This document shows, in pieces, positions 1 through 12,706 of a stretch of DNA of 64,000 bases. Source of the DNA: Octopus bimaculoides (lineage: Eukaryota); the NCBI RefSeq assembly GCF_001194135.2, contig NC_068984.1:17489391-17553390 (forward strand). The letters are read 5' to 3'. The position numbers were made by a program, and so were the translations under genes. Each line of letters opens with the position of its first letter. Within the stretch, counting starts at the first letter, position 1. A model generated the notes under the pieces. The model did not search any database, was not told the origin of the DNA, and was given only the letters and a program-made list of their open reading frames with translations.

Positions 1-379
1 GACATCATAGGCTTCAGACTTGTTGGAATTAAAATGAGACGACAAGCAGTGGCAGACGACACAAAAAAAAAAATCTGTGCAAGGGAAGCAACACGAGTTG
101 TTGCATCCCTTTCGGTGTAGTATTTTAGCATTTTTTTCTGATAAAAATGCCACAAAAACAATTTTTTTCTAGTAAGAGCTGATACTAAATAGTTTTAGAT
201 GCTAATAAATACTTATACGCTTAGATTAAGTTTCTGTCAATTCGCAATACCTATGATATATATAATCTTACCTTGTTATGTGACACTTACATAGGAAAAG
301 GGAAGCAAGTTGACATTCTGCTTCCATCAGAAAAACGGTGAAATGATAACACGCCTAGTTTTCTGTGTTTATTCAACTG

Positions 380-850
380 ATGTTTTATACTTTTTCAAAT
401 TACAGAACACCTTTTGTTTTGTTCATTGTATGGCCCATAGATTAAATCTAGTTCTGTCTCAAGCGGCTGCAAATATTCAAGTTTTTGTCACAGATAAAGC
501 CTTTTTCGTTATTTTTTTGTAAGTCGACCAAACGCGTGCATCTCTATTAGATACTGAAATTAAAAAGCGTTTTTCCAAAAGTGGTGCCAACTCGCTGGAA
601 CTTGAATCATTTGTTGGTAGAAACAGTTCGTAAATATCATGAGCAACTTGCTGATTTATTCCTAAACATCATTGATAATTCAAGTAAATGGGACACGGAA
701 AGCTATATCTATGCTCAGGCGATGTATTCTAATTTACAAAATTGTGAATTCAATTTTTTGTTAAATGTGTTTGGAGATATTTTTATTTTTTACCTATGGA
801 CCTCTTTGATTTGTATTTTACGCAGGTGGAACCTCCGAGCCATTTGATGT
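380..850 (+). mobile_element. Degenerate hAT transposase relic (ZMYM1-like)
   Basis: FVHCMAHRLNLVLSQ (CxAHxLNL motif), then PTRWN (hAT TRW motif) and NFLLNVFGDIF in a shifted frame; broken by frameshifts and deletions. A weak hAT-like end (ggacctcagatgagaac) lies near 1021-1037. Confidence 0.75.
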
Positions 851-1474
851 TTAAAAAAATTCTATTATGTTTTTTTTTAATCAAATACTATTAGGAATTA
901 TATAAAAAGTTTTTTAATATTTTGTGTATTGTAAAGTATAAGCAATTTATTGCAGATAAATTTTAACAACAAAATCTTACATGGATCCTCTAGGAATACA
1001 TGGACTTCCAAGGGTCACATGGACCTCAGATGAGAACTGTTGCTCTGATGTGAAGAACATTTGTGCTTTGAAGAAATTCAGCCATGCTCAGAGCTGAACA
1101 ATTTTGTTCTAATCCAAACCTTTGGGATACTGCTTTCATACTAAAAATAGATTTAACACATATATATATTAACTGAAATATCTAATGATGTAATTAATAT
1201 TAACAATGCTTGCGATATATCAATGCTTACAAACTAATTTTACATGCAAAATAAATTGGACAATTAATTGCTATTTTTGTATGCAAAATAAATTGGGTAA
1301 TTAATTGCTATTAAATCTTTTGTTATTAAACTATTATATAAGATGTCTTAGTATTATATATACATATGTATATGTTGTACAGATTGAAATTTATATGTGT
1401 GTAGGTAGACTGGGTATTGGAGCAGGAATCTCTGGTTATTGAACTAATTTAATCTTTTGATGTGTAGATTATAT

Positions 1475-1800
1475 CTTTTACCTTTTACTTGTTTCACTCA
1501 TTGGACTGTGGCCATGCTGGGGCACTGCCTTGAAAGGTGTTATACTGGGGTACTAAACATTTTTTAAAGTCTGGTACTTGTTTTGTTGACAAGTGGTGAT
1601 AGGAGGAAGATACAAACACAACACACACACAAATATACAACAGGCTTCTACACAGTTTCTGCCCACCCAAACTCACTAACAAAACATTGGTCAGCCCAGG
1701 GCTATAGTACACTTGCCCAAGGAGCTGTGCAGTGGGACTGAACCTGAAACTATATGGCTGCAAAGCAAGCTTCATAACCATTCAACCATGTCTGCACTTA
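1475..1800 (-). mobile_element. SINE family A (tRNA head + CORE-like), diverged copy
   Basis: Matches other A copies: tail ttttacttgtttcagtcatt..gccatgctgg; head rc of tggctgtgtggtaag..ggttcagtcccactg..ccttgggcaagtgt. Confidence 0.8.
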
Positions 1801-2009
1801 TATATAAACAATATGTAATACATGCATGGATTAAAAGATAGCTACAAATATGAATAGATTGGGTATTGGGGGCATGTGTCTGTGGTCATTCCAGAAATTG
1901 TATCCTTGGGGGTGTACATCATATATATTTCTTGTTATCAAATACTTAATAGAATGTTCAGAGAGCGGGAGAGAGATAGAGAGAGGGGGGGGGCTCCCAC
2001 TGATGGATT

Positions 2010-3230
2010 CTGATGAAGTAGGCTGGTAACCTCTCCAAAAATTGTTTTTATTGACATTTTCAAAGAAAGAAACCTTTGTTAAGTGATATAAGAAAGCAGG
2101 ATTCTAGTTAATTTGGCTTGATGAAAACTATAGTGGTGGTCATTGGAAGACTCAAGTTGATAAAGAAAGTGATTATTTAAGCTGTCTCCAATAACTTCAG
2201 GATAATATCGAAAGGTCTACAACAGGATGACATCACTGAAGTTTTACTTTCTCAGAGATGTGATACAATACCATAGGGTTGCTGTGTTGCTGACTTAGGT
2301 TGTGTGAAAAATTGGCTGCTATAGGTAGATAGATCTGGGGAAGGACTACATTTGCTGTTAGGGGTATTCAGTGGAGAATTTACTGACTTTAAATATCAGA
2401 AGATTCCAAGAAAAAAGGTTGTTGGATGGTAAGCAGAAGTGTGATCAGTTGCCTCACTTAAGCCCTTTGATCCCTCTGGAGCATAAACCATCAACAACTT
2501 TTCTTCACTGTTCTTGACCCTGGGCTATCAAGGCCATTCTCTCAGTATGGATGGAAGCTTCTCATCTATGTATGTTTCCCTGCAGGAAGGCCTTTCTCTC
2601 TCAAGTCTTGTTGGTTCTGAATTGTCCTCAACGTTTCTGTAACTTTGCTTTTTCTAGGTAAGGATGTTGGCCTTGTACAGACACATTTTTACATTAATCT
2701 GACGTTTACCATTTAACCTGTCTAGCATGAGAGACTCTACCAGGAGCTTGTGCTCCATTGGCGTAGCCCTCAGTGTCATTGGGACACATAAACAATCACA
2801 CCACGAGAAAGACTGGACCTTCTGGTTGCAGTTGTCTTGCAATTGTAGTAATTTGATAATCTATGCTCCAGCTACAATTGACACATGTCTTTCTTCCCCT
2901 TGTTCAGATATTTGTGATTCACTCATCTTCTTACCATGCATGTTGAATCCAACATCTCAAGTCCTGCGTTAACCATTATGTCCAGTTCTTCCTCCCCAGA
3001 ATGGCAACTATCTGGACCCCCTCCTCCCCTCCTGTACTTGTCTTTCCTGCAGATATCAATTTGAAACAATTTAAGCAAGAAGTAAAGGGTATCACATAAT
3101 GCCTGCAGATGTTATGGGCCCTGCCCCTTCTTTCATATCTAGTTAATGTAAATAGGTCCTATGGAGTGGGGACAAATACTATGATGTATCTGTCCCCATG
3201 GTGAGTAAGAGTTGGACAAAGAAGCGATAA
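2010..3230 (+). mobile_element. Highly decayed Penelope-like element relic (tentative)
   Basis: Frameshifted peptides weakly resembling the PLE RT-thumb/GIY-YIG linker; decayed hammerhead-like CTGATGAAGTAGG..CCTCTCCAAAA at 2010-2040. Confidence 0.3.
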
Positions 3231-3244
3231 AGAGTTTAATAGAG

Positions 3245-3385
3245 TTGAGTTCAAATTCTGCAAAAGTCAGCTTTGCCTTTCATTCTTTCGGGTCAGATAA
3301 AATGAAGTACCAGCCAAGCACTGGGGCTGATGTAATCGACTTACTCCCGCTCTGAAATTATTGGCCCTGTGCTAAAATTTGCAGA
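3245..3385 (+). mobile_element. SINE family B fragment (tRNA head + Nin/Deu-like body)
   Basis: gagttcaaattc (box B) followed by gcctttcattctttcgggtcagataaaatgaagtaccag. Confidence 0.7.
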
Positions 3386-3496
3386 ATCAGTAGGTGAATT
3401 ACAGACAGATATGGATTAATGATGAGAATGTTTAGTTTAATCAATAATATTGATGATAAACGCCTGAGATTTCTTTGGGTTATAATTATACAAAGT

Positions 3497-3882
3497 GGAG
3501 GCACAATGGCCTAGTGGTTAGGGCAGCGGACTCGTGGTCATAGGATCGCGGTTTCAATTCCCAGACCGGGCGTTGTGAGTGTTTATTGAGCGAAAACACC
3601 TAAAGCTCCACGAGGCTCCGGCAGGGAATGGTGGCGAACCCTGCTGTATTCTTTCACCACAACTTTCTTTCATTCTTTCTTCCTGTTTCTGTTGTACCTG
3701 TATTTCAAAGGGCCAGCCTTGTCACATTGTATCATGCTGAATATCCCAGAGAACTATGTTAAGGGTACACGTGTCTGTGGAGTGCTCAGCCACTTGCACG
3801 TTAATTTCACGAGCAGGCTGTTCCATTGATTGGATCAACTGGAACCCTTGACGTCGTAAACGACGGAGTGCCAACAACAAAA
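3497..3882 (+). mobile_element. SINE family D, full-length tRNA-derived
   Basis: Box A tggcctagtggtt and box B ggtttcaattccc; head shared with 22716, tail shared with 42925; ends in (aac)n. Confidence 0.85.
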
Positions 3883-4202
3883 TTATACAAAAATGTCTGT
3901 CTTCCTACATAAATTAAAACCTTCCATCATAATTTTATGTAAGAAGCTATGTTCCAAACACCAGCTTAATAATAAAAATTTCTGCTTTTTTTATTAAATC
4001 CTTCCAGATTCCTGATTAATTTCAAAAATAATTGAAATACATAGACAGAGTATTTCATAAGAAATATGATCATGAAGGGATTAAGCTGATGAACATTTCA
4101 GATTTGGCACCTGCAAGAATGATGATTTCAATTGAGTTAAAGGTCCCCAGTGTAATATGAAAGATAATTAAATGACATCTGTTCGTTAAGAAGTTCAGGT
4201 AA

Positions 4203-4244
<42 letters not shown>
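4203..4244. repeat. (TAG)n microsatellite
   Basis: Direct read. Confidence 0.95.
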
Positions 4245-4314
4245 ATGGATTGGAAGGATGAAGAAGAGAGGCTTTGAACTAGAATAAATGGAATTCTCTG
4301 TTTGTAATTTTCAG

Positions 4315-4402
4315 GTGAGCGAAAGATGGGAGAATGGATTGCAAATAATGAGTGAATATTTTGGAAAGAACTTAAAGTGTGTAACCTGGACAGCAGCAAA
4401 AG
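4315..4402 (+). CDS. Candidate internal exon of unknown gene (VSERWENGLQIMSEYFGKNLKCVTWTAAK)
   Basis: Acceptor ttctctgtttgtaattttcag, donor AAG|GTTAGT, open in phase 0 to 1 (88 bp); no homology recognised. Confidence 0.33.
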
Positions 4403-5573
4403 GTTAGTGATATAGAGTGATAGGTTCCTCTCTTTGAAAAGAATAGCATTAGAAGATTATTATTTAATGCTTTTGATGCATTTCTGTAGAAATATACAGC
4501 CTTTCTTTCAATTACATTTGAAAATAATCAAAAATTTAGTAAAATACCTTTGTCATTACTAATCTAATGTTCAAAACTTAAATTACTATGAGACATTGAT
4601 AGAATATTTTAACTTTAATCATTTGGAAGCAAGAAGCTTGTATCATAGAAGTAGTGGTGGTCTCAGGTGGATTGGTATCAAAGGTTAATAGGTAGTGACA
4701 GATAGAGTTAAAATTTGACTTGTTCAGTCAATAGATTTTAATACATCATAGAAACTATAAAAGCATTTAGAAGAATTATTTCCAAATGTGGAGAATTCTA
4801 TTATTTCATCTGTTTATTTTGTTATTTGATTAGTCTATCAAATGAATTAATAGGGTTAATTCTCTTTCATTATCTATATTTCCATGTTGATATGCATTAA
4901 ATGGGTATGAAAGTTTAGAAATTTAAATTTAATTTTCAAACAGCTAGCCACTTTTCTGTTGCTGAAAGCACTTTCTCATAATCTAGGATTAATCTTGTGA
5001 TGACAGTTAAGACATTTATTAAACAATTTAATTATGTTAGAACAAATCAAAAGAAATATGTTACTTCATTAAACAGGAAAAGCTAGCGAAATACTTTGAA
5101 AAACAATGTGAATTAAAATGTATGAAGAACTGATCTAGTTACAGGATTTTTCTAGTTGGAGGCAAGAAAGATTCTGTCATTTGATAGAGTCACTATCTCC
5201 CAGTCATTCGTACAGAATCAATATTAAAGTAAGTTCCACCACATACTGTGCACGTGCACACATACATAGGTTTATATAATATCCAACCAATCATTTGATA
5301 TTCGCACACGAGTTTTTCATGCGTTCATATACTAACATATTCACATAAAACCCAATACAATTCTACACTCTTGCATATATATAAATATATATAATATATA
5401 AATATATAAATAATATATAATATATATATATATGTATATATATGTATACACTATATACAACTCATTATGCATACACATAAAATACAAGCTAACACTTAGT
5501 TACATTCAACCACATTTTAACATATATAAACATTGTATTTCATATAAACAAACATAAATATGCATATAATATG

Positions 5574-5626
<53 letters not shown>

Positions 5627-6008
5627 GCACAGAGAAGAAAAACAAAATGGCTTCTCATTCACATGTGCCTACATATACATAAACCATAGACGTACATTAA
5701 ACATTGATTCGCACATAACTGCTTAAACACATAATAAACATGTATATATACATTCAAACATTGATATTAGTAGAGAACAAAATTGAAAAAAATTTGTCAG
5801 CAAATATTTCCTATTGTGTTTTTTTCTTTGTAAAATGTCTGACTTTTTTGTTATATGTTGTTGAGGTGTGCCTGAAAGCACTTGAATTTGGAAAGACTGT
5901 TTTTGCATCATTGAATCAGTACAAATTAATCCTTGTTCAGATTTTCATTAATCTTCTATTCTGGAATACATATGCCCAGTGGAAGTAAACAATCAAAACC
6001 AAATGAGG

Positions 6009-6013
<5 letters not shown>

Positions 6014-6046
<33 letters not shown>

Positions 6047-6142
6047 CATGTATATATTATATATACATGTGTGTATATATATATATGTATATGTATATAC
6101 ATATATATATATATATATGTATATATATGATATATATATATA

Positions 6143-6208
<66 letters not shown>

Positions 6209-6246
6209 TGTATATACATACACACATATATATGTATATATATATG

Positions 6247-6277
<31 letters not shown>

Positions 6278-6385
6278 TATATAATATAATGTATATATAT
6301 ATATGTAGAGAGAGGGAAAGAGATGTAGATGCATGTGTGTACGTACGTGTATGTGTTGTGTGTGTTAATGTGTGTGTGTGCACAC
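6014..6385. repeat. Compound (TG)n/(TA)n microsatellite
   Basis: Direct read; source of the spurious YI/CV ORFs. Confidence 0.95.
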
Positions 6386-7107
6386 ATGCGTAAGACAGTA
6401 TGATGACCTGTTTAGAAGAATTGTCATTCCAAAATAATTCCATGATTCAAGGTAGAGAAGGATTTGTATCTGGGAAGCCAACCTCTGTATTACCATTGCA
6501 TACATCTTTCTGTCTGGTCTGTTCCAACAGAATGCTTAGGGGGCAAGGCAAGAAGTGCATCCAACCATAAAATGTAAGTTAAATGAAACATTCCAAACAG
6601 TTATTTATACATCATAACTTACTGACCATCATTGGTAACCTCTCTGGGTCAAGGATGGTTATTCACCAGATTCATCTTCAATGGGCTTATAGGCCAGTGT
6701 GGCTATATGTGGCCCCATGTGGCTATATATAGGCTACCTGTGGCTATGTATGGCTACATATAGGCCAGTATGGGACTCATGTCACAAACAGGCAATTTCG
6801 AGTTCTGTGAGAGAATAGACTCTGTTTCTGATGATTAATAGTTTCATATGTTGAGAAATACCTCAAACATATTCATCAGGTAGAAGCCACATATCATAAT
6901 GGACTAAAAATTGAATGAGAGAAGAAACATGAAAAGTTGAGAAGGAAGTATATAAAATAATGCAGAAGGTTAAAAAGCTGCTAAGTTGGCTAGCCACTTG
7001 TGGAGTTTAAAATCTAATGCAACACCACATGTGATTAAGTGGAAAATAACTGAAAAATCCACACCTTATGTTAATGGATCAAATAAATGTAAGCCAAATG
7101 TGACAAA

Positions 7108-7525
7108 AGGTGTCTCAGTATCCTTAGTCACATTTAGTGATGATTGAATATTTCTTTTATAGTATTATATTGTGCTTAGCTGTTTATATTAAATCTTTGT
7201 ATACATCTTAGCATTCATAGATTTCTATGGTAAATACATATATGCTGACTGACGGAATTAGCCGACACCAGCCGATTGAGTGGTTTTCACTGACGAAGCA
7301 TACGGAAATATCTGAAACTAGATGTCTAGTCTGAGAGATTCTCAATTCGGTCGTGGAACAGTTTCTTCCCCTGTCAGCATGTGTGTATACATTTGCGCTC
7401 TTCCTACATCACAAGGAGTATTTTACTCCTATTTCTAGTAATGTAGGTGTCTTGGCATCATTAGTCACATTTAGTGATGACTGAATTTTTCCTTTAAGAT
7501 ATTATATTGCACTTGGCTATATATA
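7108..7525 (+). mobile_element. 337-bp terminally redundant unit carrying a hammerhead ribozyme (retrozyme or Penelope pLTR-like)
   Basis: Direct repeats 7108-7189 and 7445-7526 (about 82% identical by eye, offset 337 bp) bracket the HHR and a long enclosing hairpin 7234-7388. Confidence 0.7.
7271..7351 (+). ncRNA. Type I hammerhead ribozyme motif
   Basis: CUGACGA 7290-7296; stem II AG(C)AUA/UAUCU; GAAA 7314-7317; stem III ACUAG/CUAGU with AUGU loop; GUC cleavage triplet ending 7331; extended stem I 7271-7289 pairs with 7332-7351 around an internal loop. Confidence 0.8.
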
Positions 7526-8413
7526 TAGCCAATTGCATGTTTGTCTCACTGCCAAACCAGCTCTAGGACTATGCTACACACTGTCAAGGGGTTTTAAGCA
7601 GAATGATCGAGAATGTCATGGAAATGAAACTTTAATATAGTTTATGAGGGTATTTTCTGGATTATGAATGTATGAATGTTAGAAAAGGAAGATGAGAAAC
7701 TATATGTTAAATTTAGTTAGGAGAGAGAAAGTAGCAGGAGTTTTGGCAATGTATAATAGCATAAGGCTGACAAACCAAATATTCATTTCAAAGAAATGTA
7801 TTGGAAATAATCTGGGTTTTCTGTCTTGCTTTCAGTGTTATTGAAAAGGAGACAAATAATTATCATTATTAGAGTTTAATGGACAAGGGAAAAATCACGA
7901 GATTGAGAAGATTAATTCTTGGTAGAGCCTGTAGAAAGCTCAAACTGTGAAGATCAGTATAGCAAGGGTGAATAAAAGAATTGAGAAGAGGGATTTAGTG
8001 AAAGCTGTATGTTCATCAAGAGTAGTTGCAAAGACAAGTATGTAATCTACGGATGAGTTGTTGCTGTTACTGATTGTGTGGCCCTATAATCAAAGGTGTT
8101 TCAGCCGTAGTCACTATGGTTTAATGGAGGTCTGACAGCTTTTTCTAGCAGGTTAAATGACTCTCAGTGATTTAAGAGGCTTCCACTTTGGAAACGTAAG
8201 TAAACACCTATACATCTGAAAACAACATAGGAAAAACAAAGGAAAAGAAAAACAATACAAAACAAAATATGTTAATGCTTAGGGTGTTAATGATATATCT
8301 ATATCTATACATATATATATATATATATGTAAAGAATAAAAAGTTTTGAATAGTACAACAGTGCACTATAATACACAATGCTTCAAGCAAACTACAATAC
8401 TCTCCTATATATA

Positions 8414-9242
8414 NNNNNNNNNNNNNNNNNNNNNNNNNNNNNNNNNNNNNNNNNNNNNNNNNNNNNNNNNNNNNNNNNNNNNNNNNNNNNNNNNNNNNNN
8501 NNNNNNNNNNNNNNNNNNNNNNNNNNNNNNNNNNNNNNNNNNNNNNNNNNNNNNNNNNNNNNNNNNNNNNNNNNNNNNNNNNNNNNNNNNNNNNNNNNNN
8601 NNNNNNNNNNNNNNNNNNNNNNNNNNNNNNNNNNNNNNNNNNNNNNNNNNNNNNNNNNNNNNNNNNNNNNNNNNNNNNNNNNNNNNNNNNNNNNNNNNNN
8701 NNNNNNNNNNNNNNNNNNNNNNNNNNNNNNNNNNNNNNNNNNNNNNNNNNNNNNNNNNNNNNNNNNNNNNNNNNNNNNNNNNNNNNNNNNNNNNNNNNNN
8801 NNNNNNNNNNNNNNNNNNNNNNNNNNNNNNNNNNNNNNNNNNNNNNNNNNNNNNNNNNNNNNNNNNNNNNNNNNNNNNNNNNNNNNNNNNNNNNNNNNNN
8901 NNNNNNNNNNNNNNNNNNNNNNNNNNNNNNNNNNNNNNNNNNNNNNNNNNNNNNNNNNNNNNNNNNNNNNNNNNNNNNNNNNNNNNNNNNNNNNNNNNNN
9001 NNNNNNNNNNNNNNNNNNNNNNNNNNNNNNNNNNNNNNNNNNNNNNNNNNNNNNNNNNNNNNNNNNNNNNNNNNNNNNNNNNNNNNNNNNNNNNNNNNNN
9101 NNNNNNNNNNNNNNNNNNNNNNNNNNNNNNNNNNNNNNNNNNNNNNNNNNNNNNNNNNNNNNNNNNNNNNNNNNNNNNNNNNNNNNNNNNNNNNNNNNNN
9201 NNNNNNNNNNNNNNNNNNNNNNNNNNNNNNNNNNNNNNNNNN
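8414..9242. other. Assembly gap (N run)
   Basis: Ns. Other gaps: 12196-12205, 22169-22305, 30015-30024, 31198-31276, 33034-33043, 37888-38301, 43376-43475, 44268-44661, 45288-45297. Confidence 1.
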
Positions 9243-9674
9243 TCTGATCTTCAGCTAAATATTCTAATAAATTTGTTAATGTCTAAATAACTCACGTTAA
9301 TTTTGACCATGTGAACATCAATACCACGTGAGGAAGACGTTAAGAAATTTATCGGCCAGTAAGTTCAAAATCCCTCGCCCTAATGAATTCAATTCAGTGT
9401 GCATCAGAAATAGTCCCGCATAGGAAAGAGACTCGTACGAATTCCTGCGGTTTAACTATTCACCTTAGAGTTATTATTAAAATATAGATATGCAGGGCAG
9501 GGAATCGTCAATTAGTAATAAAATTAATAATTAACAATTAACAATTTTGCCGGGTAGCTCAGTATGAAAAAAACCTTTTTCGGTAAAAAACATTTATAAT
9601 CATAAATATATAGGGATTGACAGTAACCTGCTTCTCCAACATACTGAGAATTCAGTATATCTATATATATACAT

Positions 9675-9705
<31 letters not shown>

Positions 9706-10754
9706 CATATACATATTATACATATGGTCACAGTCAATGAGCTCTATTTCCTTCATCTTTGGTTCCTTGTTCAGCCTCTTTCATAGACACATGAGCATAA
9801 AAATTCACTTTGAAATATTGCATCTATTTATTTATAAATTCCAAGAGTTAATATTTGATTCTGAAGCAGATGAAATGGGAATCCAGCAGCATTTTCACAA
9901 CAAATTTGTAACTTGCATTATTAAGTAGAGCAAACAGATATATAAATAAGAAAGACATGCTTACTGATAATCAGGAAAATGTAAGAAATGTCTTGTGAAA
10001 TAGAAAGAGAGAGAGAGAGAGAGAAAGAAAGAGAGAAGGAATGATAGAAAATACACTAAGAAAATAAGTATTAGGTAAAGAATGATAGAAATGCAGTGAG
10101 AGAAAGCAACAAAGAGAATTTTGATTAATAGAAAATCTTATTTATTCATCAAGAATTTGTTGAGTAGAAAAAGTGATGTGAGTTCTAAGATTAGTTTGTC
10201 CTTTCCTTAGGTGGACTTATCACTTAAAACAAAAATTACTGTGTTTTGCACATGATGTCATAAAAAGAAAAAAGGTATATATCAGGTGAATGCATACACT
10301 TTTCTGAACTATTGAAGTCACCTGACTGCAGTTACTGTTGCCATCACATGAGTGATATTACTGTTGTTGTCGTCACTAAACTGCAATTACAGTTGCGATC
10401 ACAAGACTCATAATGCAGTTGCAGTCACAAGACTGTGTAATTACAGCAAAAGTCACAAGATAGGATTTGAAACCTGATTGAATTGCTTCAGGCTAAAAAT
10501 TTGGTGCTTCCTTATAAAGTTGTTCACAAAACTTGGTATCTTCAAAGTATGATGTGATAGAATCCAGAACTTGAGATGTTTTCGATTTCATCTCTCTAAA
10601 GAATTAACTCTTCAACTGCAACATTGAAAATAGAATTATTTTACTATTGGGATTTCAATGATTAGTATCAAACAATGCACAAAGCTGTTGATTACTTTAA
10701 TATAATTAAAGAGAGCATCAAATTATTTTTGAAAAATTAATGCCTACAATATCA

Positions 10755-10920
10755 TTGGTTTAAAATTTCAGCACAAAACCAGCTATTTTGGGGAGCAGGT
10801 AAGTTGATTACAGCTGTCCACGTGTTCAACTGGTACTTATTTTATTGACCCTGAAAGGATCACATGCAAAGTCAACCTTAGCAGAATTTGAACTCAGAAT
10901 GTAAAGATGGATGTAATGTC
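10755..10920 (-). mobile_element. SINE family B, diverged
   Basis: ctggtacttattttattgaccctgaaagga..gcaaagtcaacc..gaatttgaactcagaa (rc of B body and box B). Confidence 0.8.
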
Positions 10921-10927
10921 TACAATA

Positions 10928-11334
10928 TTTACTCTTTTACTCTTTTACTTGTTTCAGTCATTTGACTGTGGCCATACTGGAGCACCGCCTTTTAGTTGAG
11001 CAAACCGACCCCAGGACTTATTCTTTGTAAGCCTAGTACTTATTTTATCGGTCTCTTATGCCGAACCTCTAAGTCATGGGGACGTAAACACACCACCATC
11101 GGTTGTCAAGCAATGTTGGTGGGGACAAACGCAGACACACAAACACACACATATATATATGCATATATACGACGGGCTTCTTTCAGTTTCTGTCTACCAA
11201 ATCCACTCACAAGGCTTTGGTTGGCCCGAGGCTATAGTAGAAGACACTTGCCCAAGGTGCCATGCAGTGGGACTGAATCCGGAACCATGTGGTTGGTAAG
11301 CAAGCCACTTACCACACAGCCACTCCTGCGCCTA
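10928..11334 (-). mobile_element. SINE family A, full-length
   Basis: Near-consensus copy with (TA/CA) spacer; head ends cctgcgccta. Confidence 0.92.
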
Positions 11335-11394
11335 TTATTATTACAAAATATTTATTAGCTGCTGTCATTAATTAACTCAAACAAACATATAATT

Positions 11395-11560
11395 AAAATG
11401 TTTCCAGTTATGACCATCCTACCTTTTTCTTTTTATTAAAACTGTACCAAATCAAGAACTTATGCAATATGTCTATTTATTTTTAAGATTGGGTGTGATT
11501 TGAGGGAGATTTGGCAGCTATTTCCAAGAAGTTGGGCTGTCATGTATTAACTCCTTCATT
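11395..11560. repeat. Dispersed repeat family H fragment
   Basis: atttgagggagatttggcagctatttcc shared with 62830-62870, 51660-51700 and (rc) 24470-24500 and 29905-29945. Confidence 0.55.
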
Positions 11561-12409
11561 GGTTTATTTTAGGATGGTGTCATAGAGTGAAAGTATGTAA
11601 TCTGAAACCAAGACTATGGTATCCATTGCCATTTATAGCAATTTTAATTTTATTTACGTTGCTTAAGTTTCCCAAGAAAGGTTTAAACATCACACAATCT
11701 TTTCTTCTTCCTTTGAATCTGTGGCCTTGTGCCTTTTGAAAAACTATTATCGTTCATAATCTGACATCTGAGAGAAATATCCTGTTTTTATGTTAAATAT
11801 ATTTTCAGTTACCACAAAAGATAAATAGATGGCAAGACAGATTCAGAAATAATTGGAATCAATGATAGGATCTGTCTTCTAAAAATGACAGTTCTTCTGA
11901 GAATTAAGTAAGTCTGCTATTTTAGATGAGGAACTGACAAAAGGTGAGAACAATCTTAAAACAACTTCCATGATATTTTTTTCAAAGTTTCTTGTAGAAA
12001 GTGTAATTTGAAATAAATATAGCCATGATAGCTTAACTCAAAAATGAAATCAGTTCTTCTCTATATAATTAGAGCTAAAATAATGGTGTGTGTGTGTACA
12101 TATATATATATATGCATATACATAAGTACATATATATATACACATTATATATATGTGTGTGTGTATGTTTATATGCATGTATGTGTATGTGTATANNNNN
12201 NNNNNATATATATTTAAATTATAATAAAATAAAAGGAAATGAAATACATGAAAAAAAAAATCATTTTCTGACTGTTGCAAATTGCTTGATATGTAACGGT
12301 CAATTTAGAAAATGCTAGCTTGATATGTAGCACTTAACTAAATTGATTACGAGGTTGTTGACTTGCAGTTGGCCTCCTCCAACCATAAGCAGCTACTGAA
12401 ATACTGCAT

Positions 12410-12615
12410 CTTTTATCATTTGCTAGTTTCATTCATTTGACTGTGTCCATGCTGGAGCACTGTCTCAAAGAAATTTTGCTCAAATGAATCAACCCCAATA
12501 CTTATTGTTTGTTAAGCCTGGTACTTATTCTAATGGTCTCTTTTGCCAAACTGCCAGACTACAGGGTTGTAAACACATCAACACCACACACAGACATGAA
12601 GATACACACACACAT

Positions 12616-12706
<91 letters not shown>

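Noticed and set aside
3497-3575. tRNA genes at SINE heads (also 16235, 20187, 22716, 24645, 36795)
   Set aside because: Box A/B present but no full cloverleaf; they run into repeat bodies, so they are SINE heads.
5933-6443. Overlapping 100-140 aa ORFs rich in YI/CV/HT (also 43884-45085, 48842-49356 and others)
   Set aside because: Translations of dinucleotide and tetranucleotide microsatellites; open in most frames on both strands.
8152-8195. Good acceptor/donor pair (CAG..AAC|GTAAGT)
   Set aside because: Stops in all three frames; shows that such signals arise by chance here.
8346-9290. Long ORFs of 144-381 aa in the track
   Set aside because: Read-through of N gaps (also 37811-38385 and 43884-45085).
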